Virus record (IMG/VR): IMGVR_UViG_3300030413_000012
Length of the DNA: 56,155 bases
Strand: one strand, 5' to 3'
Origin: an uncultured virus (IMG/VR IMGVR_UViG_3300030413_000012)
Taxonomy: Duplodnaviria; Heunggongvirae; Uroviricota; Caudoviricetes
Position numbers and translations under genes: made by a program. Below, piece by piece: positions 39,290 through 48,677 of this stretch (position 1 is the first letter of the stretch; every line of letters starts with the position of its first letter). A model generated the notes under the pieces. It was not told where the DNA came from. It made no database searches and saw only the letters and a list, made by a program, of their open reading frames with translations.

Positions 39290-41215
39290 ATGTTTAAATT
39301 TTTAAGTGTCATAAATAAGGTTTTGTTGATGGAAGGGCTTGAAGAAATAATAAAGAAATATAAAAAAATTAATGCTCAATCTAATGAAGATACTAATACC
39401 AAAGAAATTGGTGTCCAAAGAATAAGTCAGCAAATAATTGAGCAGGCAAATGTTGACAAGATGAGTAGCAAGTCAGCAAATGATGTAACTGGTGCTGAAA
39501 AAAAGAAAGCTTATTTGGTTGCAAAAACAATAAAAGATTATCAGTTTATTAGTAAACTTGCACCAAATGTTTCAAATGAAAAAGACCTTGTTGATGAACC
39601 AAGAATTGTTTTTGAAGACAATGGAATTTCTATTGTAAAAGCTATTCTTAAAATTAAAACAAATAAATATATTGTTGAAGAAGAACCATTAAGACCAGAA
39701 GAACTTGCTGTTATAAATCTTTATAAACAATTTGATAAACTTACACAAAAAATTGATTTTTCAAAGAAAAAAATATATGATGTCTATAAAGAAATAGTTG
39801 AAGTCATAAATGATTTTATAAAACAACAAAATATAGATGCTGGTTATATAAGAACTGAAGTTATTGCTTATTATTTAGTAAAAGAATTTGGTTATTATGA
39901 GCTAACACCAGTTCTTCTTGATAAATACATAGAAGATATAAATGGTGTAGAAAATACAGAAATGGTAATACATGACTCAAAATACACACAAGATTTTATA
40001 ACAAATATTTTTTTATCAAGACAAAAAATGGACACAATATTGAAAAGATTTGCTGAATATGGAAAAAGAACAATAACACCACAAGAACTGACAGCAGCAG
40101 TAACACTTCCAGAAGGTTCAAGATTTGTATGCATATATCCCTTTGAAAATCAGGGTGTTATGAGTTTTTCAATAAGAAAACAAGTATTTGGTTTAATAAG
40201 TCCAATGAAATCAATTGATTCAAATTTTGTAACACTTGATGAAATGTCATTTCTTGCATGGGTTATGTCAAAAAATGAACTTGGCAAAATTGGTTATATA
40301 GGATTACCTGGTTCAGGAAAAACATCCTTCTTAAAAACAATGGCTTTATTTATGCCAGAGTCTGCAAGAGTTTATTCTATTGAAACAACACCAGAACTAA
40401 TGTTGACACAAAAAAGCTGGACAAAAAATACTTATGCTTATGAAAATGAAGCACAAGTTAAATTAATTGAATCAAGTCTTATGTATAAACCAGATTATCT
40501 TATAATAGGAGAAGTAAAACTTGAAAAAGATTTAGTTGACAATATGTTTGCAGCCATGTCTTCTGGTTTTAAAACATCATTTACTTTTCATGCTGATACA
40601 ACCTCTGCTTTTATAAGCAAGATGCAAAGTAGAAGCTTAGATATACAACCAGATAGAATAATGAATATAAAATTTCTTATTTTTATAATAGAAGACCTTT
40701 CTGTAAAAAAAAGATATATTGCAAATATTGATGAAATATACAATTTTGATGTTGATAATAATAGATTAGATTATCAAACAATTTTATCAACAAAAAACAT
40801 CAAAAAAGAATCAAATTATATGTCATTATGTTCACTTGATTATAATACAGGAGCACCAAATTCAATATCAGAAGAGTTATATAATAAATTTATTTTAGAT
40901 GCAAGACTCCCATTAAAAACAGGACCAGGGGTTGACCCTGATATATTGTTACTTATGGTGTTAAAATCAAAAAACATTGAAGGTTATGCTAAAATATATG
41001 GTCATGGTGAGGATGAAAGACCTGAATATATTGAACCACAACTTAGATATATTGGTCAGTATAAAAAAATATATCTTGAAATGAGTGGCATAAGAAACTT
41101 TTTGATAGAAGAATTAAATAAATATATTGAAAATAAAAATAATCCAAACTTTAATGATGTTGCTGTTTTCTTAAATGATTTAAACAGAAATTATAACACA
41201 TTATTTAATTTATAA
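39290..41215 (+). CDS. Type II/IV secretion ATPase (archaeal TadA/ArlI/VirB11 family)
   Basis: FGYYELTPVLLDKYIEDI, LPEGSR, SFSIRK, Walker A GLPGSGKT, SIETTPEL, PDYLIIGEV, TFHAD. True start probably ATG 39329. Confidence 0.9.
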   Translation: MFKFLSVINKVLLMEGLEEIIKKYKKINAQSNEDTNTKEIGVQRISQQIIEQANVDKMSSKSANDVTGAEKKKAYLVAKTIKDYQFISKLAPNVSNEKDLVDEPRIVFEDNGISIVKAILKIKTNKYIVEEEPLRPEELAVINLYKQFDKLTQKIDFSKKKIYDVYKEIVEVINDFIKQQNIDAGYIRTEVIAYYLVKEFGYYELTPVLLDKYIEDINGVENTEMVIHDSKYTQDFITNIFLSRQKMDTILKRFAEYGKRTITPQELTAAVTLPEGSRFVCIYPFENQGVMSFSIRKQVFGLISPMKSIDSNFVTLDEMSFLAWVMSKNELGKIGYIGLPGSGKTSFLKTMALFMPESARVYSIETTPELMLTQKSWTKNTYAYENEAQVKLIESSLMYKPDYLIIGEVKLEKDLVDNMFAAMSSGFKTSFTFHADTTSAFISKMQSRSLDIQPDRIMNIKFLIFIIEDLSVKKRYIANIDEIYNFDVDNNRLDYQTILSTKNIKKESNYMSLCSLDYNTGAPNSISEELYNKFILDARLPLKTGPGVDPDILLLMVLKSKNIEGYAKIYGHGEDERPEYIEPQLRYIGQYKKIYLEMSGIRNFLIEELNKYIENKNNPNFNDVAVFLNDLNRNYNTLFNL

Positions 41216-42178
41216 TTTATCTTTTATTTTTTCAACATTAAATCCCAATGAAGTTAAATAGTTTTCTATTTCTACTTTATCATATTTTCCATATATTATA
41301 TTTTCAGAAACTGGCATATTTTTAATTTCAGAATAAGCTGCTTTAATTTCTGAAAGAATTTTTTCTTTATCATCTTCCATTATTTTTTCATCATCAACTA
41401 ATTCTTCAACAGTTTCTTCTATTGTGTTATTATTTTTTATATATTTTATTCCTTTTTTTGCACCAATACCAAAAATTCCAGTATTAAAATCTGTTCCAGT
41501 TAAAGTTGCAAGATAAATTAACTTATCTCTTGTTAATCCTGTTAATTTAAGAATTTTGCTGCTTGAAATTATTTGTAATGGCAAATAATGTCCTTTATAA
41601 CTTAAACCAAGATTTCTAAGAATATGGTCACAGCTATAAAGTATTGCATCATAATCTTGTGTTGAAGCATAATCAGCTTTGCCAATATTTACAAGATGAA
41701 CAACATTTGCTTCAGCCTCCTCTGGTGCATCAACATAATCACAGCCAAACATCAAAAGAAGTTTTTTAAATGACTTTATAATTGCAGAAGTTAAATAAAC
41801 AGTTCTTTGTGAATATAATTTTGCTTTTTCAAGGTCTCCATCTTTAACAGCTTTTTTCCTTAATTCTTCTGATTCTATTTTAATTCTTTTTCTTTCAGTT
41901 AATGTTTTATTTTTTAACTGAGATGGAAATCCATCAAATACAAATATAAAATGCATGTTATAGTTTTTTATAAGATAAGCATATCTATTTATAAAACCAT
42001 AAAGATGACTAATAACAACATCATCATGTTTTAAAATATCTCCATTATTATCTCTTATTGCTGTTAAAAACTGATATATGGCATTGTAGGCATCAACAGC
42101 AATTGTTTTTCCTTTGAGGTCTTCTAATTTTATTGTTTCTATTGGTATAAAATCTCTAAAGGATGAATTAAGTCCCAT
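41210..42178 (-). CDS. fen: Flap endonuclease 1 (archaeal type)
   Basis: IAVDAYNAIYQFL, SHLYG, FVFDG, APEEAEA, STQDYDAIL, TGTDFN, GIGAKK (H3TH). Confidence 0.92.
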   Translation of the reverse strand: MGLNSSFRDFIPIETIKLEDLKGKTIAVDAYNAIYQFLTAIRDNNGDILKHDDVVISHLYGFINRYAYLIKNYNMHFIFVFDGFPSQLKNKTLTERKRIKIESEELRKKAVKDGDLEKAKLYSQRTVYLTSAIIKSFKKLLLMFGCDYVDAPEEAEANVVHLVNIGKADYASTQDYDAILYSCDHILRNLGLSYKGHYLPLQIISSSKILKLTGLTRDKLIYLATLTGTDFNTGIFGIGAKKGIKYIKNNNTIEETVEELVDDEKIMEDDKEKILSEIKAAYSEIKNMPVSENIIYGKYDKVEIENYLTSLGFNVEKIKDKL

Positions 42179-42199
42179 TATTACACTTTAATTATTTTA

Positions 42200-42544
42200 T
42201 TATTTAAATTTTGTTATTTCAACTACATTTCCCAAAATATTTTCATAATAATTTAGTTCATTGGAGTCTAATTTAAAATAAGTAATTGTCTTTTTTGCTT
42301 TATGCTTTTTATTTTCAACTATTATTTCCCTTTTTATTACTGTATGTGAATCAATTTCATAAGACAACCATTTTGATTTATATTTGCTTCCATTAAAAAG
42401 AAAACTTGTATGCTGTATTTCTTCAGCCATTTCTCCTGCTCTATAAAAAATATTCTCTTCTTTAATATAGAATTTTACAGTTATTGTTTTATCAGATGAA
42501 ATATATTCACTTTCATTAAAACATATGTTTGAAGTCTTCATCAA
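42200..42544 (-). CDS. Hypothetical protein
   Basis: 114-aa ORF co-oriented with fen. Confidence 0.55.
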   Translation of the reverse strand: MMKTSNICFNESEYISSDKTITVKFYIKEENIFYRAGEMAEEIQHTSFLFNGSKYKSKWLSYEIDSHTVIKREIIVENKKHKAKKTITYFKLDSNELNYYENILGNVVEITKFK

Positions 42545-42577
42545 ATTTTCTTTTCATAATAAGCTTAAAATAAACAA

Positions 42578-43090
42578 CTATGGAATCAGAGTTTCAGCAG
42601 GTGTTGACAGTTTATAAAGAAATTCTTTGGTGTTATTTGTAACTAAAATGGAATCAATTGTTCCTGTTGAGCTTTCAGGCACTTGTGTAAAAAGGGAACA
42701 AACAGTAGAATTAAAAGGGTGAAGTGTTGTCATATATTTATAATGATACATGTTACCAATTTGACTATATGAATATGCTGTATATGTGCTATTGTTTATT
42801 GGTGCCAAAAAACTTGTTTGTTGTGCTGTAATAAATCTAAGTTTTATTGGCAATAATGATGTATTTTTTTGCATATCAAAAGTGAAGTTAAAAGAACAAT
42901 TTCCTGAAATAGCATTAGCTGAGAATGCAATAATTTTAAAATTAACAACTGGTATTTCTGTTGTTTTTATGTTTTGGGTTGTGCTATTAAAAAACATATA
43001 TACTGTTACAGAAACAATTAATATTAACACTAAAACAGCAACAATTAAAAAATTGTATTCAATAACAGTCTGTGCTTTCAACTTTTTCAC
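42578..43090 (-). CDS. Archaeal type IV pilin (class III signal peptide)
   Basis: KKLKA|QTVIEY with Q+1 and E+5, hydrophobic helix, small globular domain with two Cys. Confidence 0.8.
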   Translation of the reverse strand: MKKLKAQTVIEYNFLIVAVLVLILIVSVTVYMFFNSTTQNIKTTEIPVVNFKIIAFSANAISGNCSFNFTFDMQKNTSLLPIKLRFITAQQTSFLAPINNSTYTAYSYSQIGNMYHYKYMTTLHPFNSTVCSLFTQVPESSTGTIDSILVTNNTKEFLYKLSTPAETLIP

Positions 43091-43684
43091 TCATATAAAT
43101 TTTATTTTACTATTGCAACTTGTGCAATAAAAACTATTCTTTTTCATTTTTGTTTTTGTTGGTTCAAGGTCTGTTTCATAATTTATAAAAACAAAATTAC
43201 CACACCTACACTGACCATAAATTGTGTTTATCATTTTATTAAAATCAGAAAGACTAACTTTTAATTGAAAAAATACAGGATGTATTAAATAAGATGAAGA
43301 AAAGAAACTATAAAGCCACACAGCAATAAACTCTTTTTTATTATAATCAAATGGTATATAAGCAATATCATAACTTAAGGCATTACTTCTCTTTAATGTA
43401 AAAACTGGTGATAGTTTTTGTTTATTTGTTATATCTTCTAAAAATAAAGAAACAAGTTTTACTTTATCATAGTTTTCAGTTTGATTAACTTCATAAAAAT
43501 TCTCAAACTTTCTATAAAGTTTAATTGACTCTTCTGTATAATCAGTTGTTTCTGCAAGAAAACCATAAGTTTCCCTTACAGGCATTCCATCATTTTCTAT
43601 TAAAAGATGTGTTTTGCAATAATTTACAAGATTTTCTTCTTCTTTATCATAAAACATATTATCAGTTATAGTTGTAATAAACAA
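43091..43684 (-). CDS. Hypothetical protein with a C-terminal zinc ribbon
   Basis: CRCG...CTSC. Confidence 0.65.
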   Translation of the reverse strand: MFITTITDNMFYDKEEENLVNYCKTHLLIENDGMPVRETYGFLAETTDYTEESIKLYRKFENFYEVNQTENYDKVKLVSLFLEDITNKQKLSPVFTLKRSNALSYDIAYIPFDYNKKEFIAVWLYSFFSSSYLIHPVFFQLKVSLSDFNKMINTIYGQCRCGNFVFINYETDLEPTKTKMKKNSFYCTSCNSKIKFI

Positions 43685-43692
43685 TTTAAAAA

Positions 43693-44370
43693 TCAGGAAG
43701 TATAAAAGACAGAATAAGCTTCTCCATTTGTTGTTTTATTGCTTGCAACAACTTTTAATGTTGAATTGTATCCAGTATTTGGTGTTGTAAAAGAACATGT
43801 GTCAGTGGTGCAAGTTGTTAAATCAACATTATTAAGATAATAATTAAAAGTTGCATTATTTATATTTGTAATAACATTTGCAGTATCAATTGAACCATGC
43901 TGTGGAAAATAGTTTGATAATTCAATCTGTATAAAAGTTATAACTTTATTTATTCCAAAAACAGTTGGCATAGAATCCACCACTTTGGCAGCATATGACT
44001 TTCCATTTTTTACAATAATTATAGCAGCAACATTTACTGTTCTGTTATTTATTGTTAAATTATCTTTTGTATTTATATTATAAACATTGATATAGGTTCC
44101 ATTATGAATAGTTGTTCCAATTAATTGAGTTCCTGAAAGAGTAATGTTGGTTAATGTAGCAAGTTGTATTGTAATACTCTGAACAGAACTGCTATTAAAA
44201 CTTGTTAATAGTTCTGTAATGTTATTATCTGAAATAATTTTATAAACATAAAAAGTTGAAGAAATATTTTCTTTCAAAAAGAAACCATATAAAAGAGCAA
44301 TAACTGCAACTGTAATTATTAGCCCCACTATTAACCAAATTGTTAAAGGAATAATTATTTGAGCCTTCAT
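43693..44370 (-). CDS. Type IV pilin-like protein (class III signal peptide)
   Basis: MKA|QIIIP, hydrophobic helix, Thr/Asn-rich beta domain. Confidence 0.7.
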   Translation of the reverse strand: MKAQIIIPLTIWLIVGLIITVAVIALLYGFFLKENISSTFYVYKIISDNNITELLTSFNSSSVQSITIQLATLTNITLSGTQLIGTTIHNGTYINVYNINTKDNLTINNRTVNVAAIIIVKNGKSYAAKVVDSMPTVFGINKVITFIQIELSNYFPQHGSIDTANVITNINNATFNYYLNNVDLTTCTTDTCSFTTPNTGYNSTLKVVASNKTTNGEAYSVFYTS

Positions 44371-44447
44371 TATTTTTAATCTGGTAAAAGCTTTTAAAGT
44401 TTTAAAAGTATTTTAAACTTCTTAAAATCTATAAAATAGATGATAAG

Positions 44448-45122
44448 ATGAGTTTTCATAACAACTATATAAATAATAGAATAGAACTGGTAAATAAGTT
44501 TGTAAAGAAAAATATAAGAAGGGATTTATATACATATGTAAGAATTTCTGATTGGAAAATAAAAGGACTGGCAAACAGGCTATTAACTGATAAATTAACA
44601 CCAGAAGATATGAGATATTTGAATCAAACTTTGACAAATGCACACAGACAAGATTACAGGACACCAGACCAGATGGCTTTAAATTTAATACTTGGTTGGG
44701 TTGTTGAAGATGTTATAAGAGATAAATTAAATGCACTTGGTATAAAAACAGAAAATGCTGGGACTGATAAAGAAAGAAGTTTTGGACCAATAGTTGCAAA
44801 TGTTCCAGACCTTTCAACTGAAACAACAAAAGGAACAAGATTTCTTGAAGTTGTAATGGGATATACTGGAAGAGAAAAAGAAAATGGTGTTGCATTAAGG
44901 GACAATAAATATGAAAATCTTATAATGTTTCACTCTTATCTTGTTGGCATAGACCTATTAAATGAACAAATGTTTGTTATAACTGATTTAGAAAAAAGAA
45001 AAGCTGGAGAAAAACAATATAATAGTGGATTTGGAAAGATAACCAGAACTGTTGAACTTACAAACAAAGACTTTTATGACTATGTAAAGGGGTTTGAAAG
45101 GCTTCAAAAAATATTAAAGTGA
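44448..45122 (+). CDS. PD-(D/E)XK-fold nuclease, restriction endonuclease-like
   Basis: Helix with Glu (GWVVEDVI), then VPDL...FLEVV, matching an E...PD...E catalytic layout; the canonical Lys is not in its usual position. Confidence 0.5.
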   Translation: MSFHNNYINNRIELVNKFVKKNIRRDLYTYVRISDWKIKGLANRLLTDKLTPEDMRYLNQTLTNAHRQDYRTPDQMALNLILGWVVEDVIRDKLNALGIKTENAGTDKERSFGPIVANVPDLSTETTKGTRFLEVVMGYTGREKENGVALRDNKYENLIMFHSYLVGIDLLNEQMFVITDLEKRKAGEKQYNSGFGKITRTVELTNKDFYDYVKGFERLQKILK

Positions 45123-45127
45123 TAAAC

Positions 45128-45256
45128 ATGAATATGAAAAAGAAAGCATGGTATAAAGAGAAAAAATATAGTAAAATGACAAAATATCTTGAAAGAAAAA
45201 CACTATTAGAAAAAAGAAAGAAAACTAAAAAAGAACATAATAAAAATAATCCATAA
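45128..45256 (+). CDS. Very basic 42-aa peptide (not in the ORF track)
   Basis: MNMKKKAWYKEKKYSKMTKYLERKTLLEKRKKTKKEHNKNNP; GTGAT motif upstream. Confidence 0.35.
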   Translation: MNMKKKAWYKEKKYSKMTKYLERKTLLEKRKKTKKEHNKNNP

Positions 45257-45276
45257 ATAAAAAATATTTTTAATTG

Positions 45277-45302
45277 TTGACCAAACTAAACAAATTGGTC
45301 AA
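45277..45302. promoter_or_regulatory. Inverted repeat, candidate operator upstream of the NTP-transferase cluster
   Basis: TTGACCAA-N10-TTGGTCAA just upstream of a TTTTAAA box and the ATG at 45346. Confidence 0.45.
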
Positions 45303-45345
45303 TAAATCCTTTTAAAGTTTATTTCTTTTTATTTATTGACACTAT

Positions 45346-46125
45346 ATGCTTGGTATAATATTAACTGGTGGATTTGCAAAAAGAATGAAAGAAAATACAA
45401 CATATACACCTAAATCCATGCTAACTGTTGGTGGTAAAACAATTCTTGACCACATTATATCTAAAATTGAAAGAATTGATGAAATAAAAAAAGTTTATAT
45501 TTTAACAAATTCAAAATTCAAACATATTTTTCTTGAATTTGCAAATGAATATATGGCAAGAAAATCAAAACTTCAAATTATTGTAATTGAAGAACCAAAT
45601 ACATATACTGAAAAAACAAAACTTGGTTCAATTGGTGGTCTTCATTATTTCATCAAAACCTATGGTATCATAGATGATTTTTTAATAATTGGTGGTGATA
45701 ATTTTTTTACATTTAATCTTGACAGTTTTATAACAGCTTTTTATAAACATAAAAAACCAATTGTAATAATAAAAGAAATTCAAAATAAAAATTATTTAAA
45801 AACACTTGCTGTTGCAAAAGTTAAAAAAGGCAAAATAATTAATTACAGCATAAAACCTAAAAATCCATCAACTCATTTTGCAGGAACAATGATTTATGTT
45901 ATTCCTAAAGACAAAATTACAATAATTGATGAGGCATATTATAACCATATAACAGACCCAACTGGTAAACTTATTGAATTGCTTGTAAAAAAGAAAACAC
46001 CAGTGATGGCATATATTGAAAAAACAGGCATGTGGGCTGATATTGGAACAAAATCAATTTATAAAAAAATATTTACATTCTATATGCAAAATAATGCTGA
46101 TTTTGAACAAAAACTAAAAATATAA
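45346..46125 (+). CDS. Sugar-1-phosphate nucleotidyltransferase (NTP_transferase family)
   Basis: GIILTGGFAKRM...PKSML...ILDHII, KLGSIGGL, FLIIGGDN, WADIGT. Confidence 0.9.
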   Translation: MLGIILTGGFAKRMKENTTYTPKSMLTVGGKTILDHIISKIERIDEIKKVYILTNSKFKHIFLEFANEYMARKSKLQIIVIEEPNTYTEKTKLGSIGGLHYFIKTYGIIDDFLIIGGDNFFTFNLDSFITAFYKHKKPIVIIKEIQNKNYLKTLAVAKVKKGKIINYSIKPKNPSTHFAGTMIYVIPKDKITIIDEAYYNHITDPTGKLIELLVKKKTPVMAYIEKTGMWADIGTKSIYKKIFTFYMQNNADFEQKLKI

Positions 46126-46177
46126 GTCTTTTAAGAGCAATGTTTATATATTTAAATATATAGTATAAAATGACTAT

Positions 46178-47041
46178 ATGGAACATAATGTTTTTTTAAC
46201 AAATAAAGAAGAAATAATACTTGAAAATAAAATACCAGAAAGTAAAAAATCTGAATTTAAATTCATAGTTTATCTAATTGAAAATGGAATAAATAACATA
46301 AATTTTTCTGAACTTGTAGAAGTTACAAAAGCAACAAAAGAAGAATTAGAACTATGGCTTTCAAAGCTTAAAAGTGCTGAATTTTTTAATGAAGATGGTT
46401 CTGTAAAAATTAATGGTATATACAAAGAGGCATCACCTGATTTTGAAAAACTCAATTTTGAAATAGAAAGTGCTATGCTTATAGCTGAAGGAAAAATAAC
46501 AGGAAAATTTAGAGAAAAACCAACTTATGTTCTTACATCTGAAAAAGAAAATAAAGATGTTTTAATATTTAATGGTGAATGGTTTAAAATAATGAAAAGT
46601 AATATTGACAACAGCCTTTATATTGCAAAAGCAGATTCAGTTGTAATACTTCCTTTTATAAATAATAATACTATTCTTTTTGAAAGACAACATAGAGCAG
46701 CAATAAATAAACATTTATTTGAAATTCCAGCAGGGTCTATTAAAACATATGATTATGAAAACAAAGAAGAGGCTGTAAATAAGATACTTCTTGCAGAAAC
46801 TGGATATATTGCTAAAAAAATATATCCAATGTTTCAAAGTTTTGCCAGCCCTGGTATCTATAACACAATGCATAATTTTTATGTTGCAAGAGAACTTGAA
46901 AAGATGGAACACAGTATAGATAATAAAATAGAAATAATGAAAATTAATTTTAATAATGCCCTTAATTACATAAAAACAGGAGAAATACAAGATAATAAGA
47001 CAAGTCTTGCAATTCTTTTTTATAACACATTTATGAAATGA
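46178..47041 (+). CDS. N-terminal wHTH-like domain fused to an ADP-ribose pyrophosphatase-like Nudix domain with a degenerate Nudix box
   Basis: SVVILPF...RQHR...FEIPAG...ETGY...SPG...GEIQDNKT is NudF-like, but REUXEE reads KILLAE. Confidence 0.75.
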   Translation: MEHNVFLTNKEEIILENKIPESKKSEFKFIVYLIENGINNINFSELVEVTKATKEELELWLSKLKSAEFFNEDGSVKINGIYKEASPDFEKLNFEIESAMLIAEGKITGKFREKPTYVLTSEKENKDVLIFNGEWFKIMKSNIDNSLYIAKADSVVILPFINNNTILFERQHRAAINKHLFEIPAGSIKTYDYENKEEAVNKILLAETGYIAKKIYPMFQSFASPGIYNTMHNFYVARELEKMEHSIDNKIEIMKINFNNALNYIKTGEIQDNKTSLAILFYNTFMK

Positions 47042-47066
47042 TTTAAATAAAAACAGGTAGTTAAAA

Positions 47067-48026
47067 ATGGAGGAAGAATTAAAGAACAGGGTGCCAGTTA
47101 ACAAGAACATTCTTGTTGTTGGTTATGAACATTTTATTTCATCTGATTTAGTTTCACTTTTACAAGCAAAAAATAATAAAGTAACATATAGTCTGGAAGA
47201 CACTCAGATTGATTATTCAAAACTATTAGTTGGCTCATATATTACTATTTATAATTCAAAAGAATTTATTTCTGATATTAAAAAAAGTGATATAATTTAC
47301 TTTTTACAATTTGCTAACAGAAATAAAAAAATTGAACAAAAAGAAATTGAAACATTTAAAAAAATAGTAACACTTGTTAAAAATACAGATAAAGATATAA
47401 AAATAGTTTTGTTGAGCAGTATTGATGTATATGGAACAAAAAGAAAAGATGAAACTTGTTTTGTTGATAGCCCACTATCACCAAATAATTATAATGGTGT
47501 AATGCTTGCATTTGTTGAAGAGTTTTTATTTAATACAATTGAAAATTATTCAATAATAAGAAGTTCTGAAATAATGACCAGAGAAATAATAAAAGAATTT
47601 TATCCACTTTTTTCTGACTTGTTTAAACAAAAAATATTTTTAATACCTAAAGCATCAAATCATATTAACATGTCAAGTAAATCAACTATATTGTCTGCTT
47701 TATTAATAGCTGGTGCTGAAGAAAATAAAGAATTTATAATAAATATTACAGAAACACCAAGTCTAACCTTTACTGAATTTTTTGAAAAACTTTATTTTTA
47801 TGCAAAAAGAGATTTAAAAATAGAAATACCAAAAAGATATATAAATTTATTTTCATGGAAAACAAAATTTCATAATATACCTAAATTTTTATTTAATGAC
47901 CAAAAAATTTCAACAATAGAAGCCAATACTGCTGATGTGATTTTTAGTTGGAGTTCAGATTTGTTTATACAAAAATTGCTAGAAAATTATAACAAAGCTG
48001 TTTCTTTAGAAAATAAATCCATATAA
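47067..48026 (+). CDS. Extended SDR / NAD-dependent epimerase-like protein, degenerate
   Basis: NILVVGYEHFISSDLV (GxxGxxG eroded), LLSSIDVYG, PNNYNGVM (YxxxK lost), YSIIRSS. Confidence 0.7.
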   Translation: MEEELKNRVPVNKNILVVGYEHFISSDLVSLLQAKNNKVTYSLEDTQIDYSKLLVGSYITIYNSKEFISDIKKSDIIYFLQFANRNKKIEQKEIETFKKIVTLVKNTDKDIKIVLLSSIDVYGTKRKDETCFVDSPLSPNNYNGVMLAFVEEFLFNTIENYSIIRSSEIMTREIIKEFYPLFSDLFKQKIFLIPKASNHINMSSKSTILSALLIAGAEENKEFIINITETPSLTFTEFFEKLYFYAKRDLKIEIPKRYINLFSWKTKFHNIPKFLFNDQKISTIEANTADVIFSWSSDLFIQKLLENYNKAVSLENKSI

Positions 48027-48481
48027 ATATTTGAAAAAAGAACATCAAGATTATATGGAATATCAGAATTATTATATTCAAAAACATAAGTGCTATCATT
48101 AATTGTTAATTTATTATTTGAATATAATTTGATTAAATCCTTTTTAAAAAAGACAGCTATTTTCTTTGTATTTGTATCTTTTAATATTATTAATGGGATT
48201 CTTATGTTTTTATATGAAAAACTTTTCCATTTATTTATTTGTTTTTCATTAAGACTTGATAAATACAATATCCCTTTTTTTCTTGCTTTTAATTCAGAAT
48301 TAAAAACAACATTTTTAAAAAATACTAAATAATCAGCAACATCAACTCTTTTCATTTTGCTACCACTATCTTTTAACCTTATAATGTAGCTTTCATTTTC
48401 ATCTTTTGTCTGTATTGGATATATTTTATTAAATGAATTCACAAACTGTCTTTCAAAGTATTTTCCACTATTAGTCATCAA
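47987..48481 (-). CDS. RecU/Hjc-like Holliday junction resolvase
   Basis: NSGKYFE...RLKD...VADYLVF...ELKAR, a PD-(D/E)XK layout typical of viral RecU-like resolvases. Confidence 0.7.
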   Translation of the reverse strand: MMTNSGKYFERQFVNSFNKIYPIQTKDENESYIIRLKDSGSKMKRVDVADYLVFFKNVVFNSELKARKKGILYLSSLNEKQINKWKSFSYKNIRIPLIILKDTNTKKIAVFFKKDLIKLYSNNKLTINDSTYVFEYNNSDIPYNLDVLFSNIYMDLFSKETALL

Positions 48482-48533
48482 TATTAAGGTTAAACAAATA
48501 TTTAAATTAAAAAAGTCAATACTTATTGATGAA

Positions 48534-48665
48534 ATGGTTAAAACACAAAGTAAAAAAATAAATAAATTTAAAAAAGAAGCATGCCCATATTGTCATCAAA
48601 TAATATATTATTATGATATTGCAGAACATTCTGAAGTATGTCTTGGACAACATTTAGATAAATAA
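48534..48665 (+). CDS. Small C2HC zinc-finger protein (43 aa, not in the ORF track)
   Basis: MVKTQSKKINKFKKEACPYCHQIIYYYDIAEHSEVCLGQHLDK: CxxC-x11-H-x3-C. Confidence 0.6.
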   Translation: MVKTQSKKINKFKKEACPYCHQIIYYYDIAEHSEVCLGQHLDK

Positions 48666-48677
48666 ACAAAAAATGTA

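Larger units (their letters stand above)
12019..44370. mobile_element. Conjugative transfer region (T4SS + type IV pilus) of a large archaeal mobile element
   Basis: Order on the minus strand: VirD4/HerA-like, VirB2-like, PrgI-like, VirB4-N-like, VirB4, adhesins, VirB6-like, J-domain, two TadC-like; divergent pilus ATPase; pilins beyond it. Confidence 0.7.

Noticed and set aside
39290..41215. Archaellum motor (ArlI) operon
   Set aside because: No archaellins, ArlH or ArlF/G nearby; the pilin leaders are of the Q+1 type.
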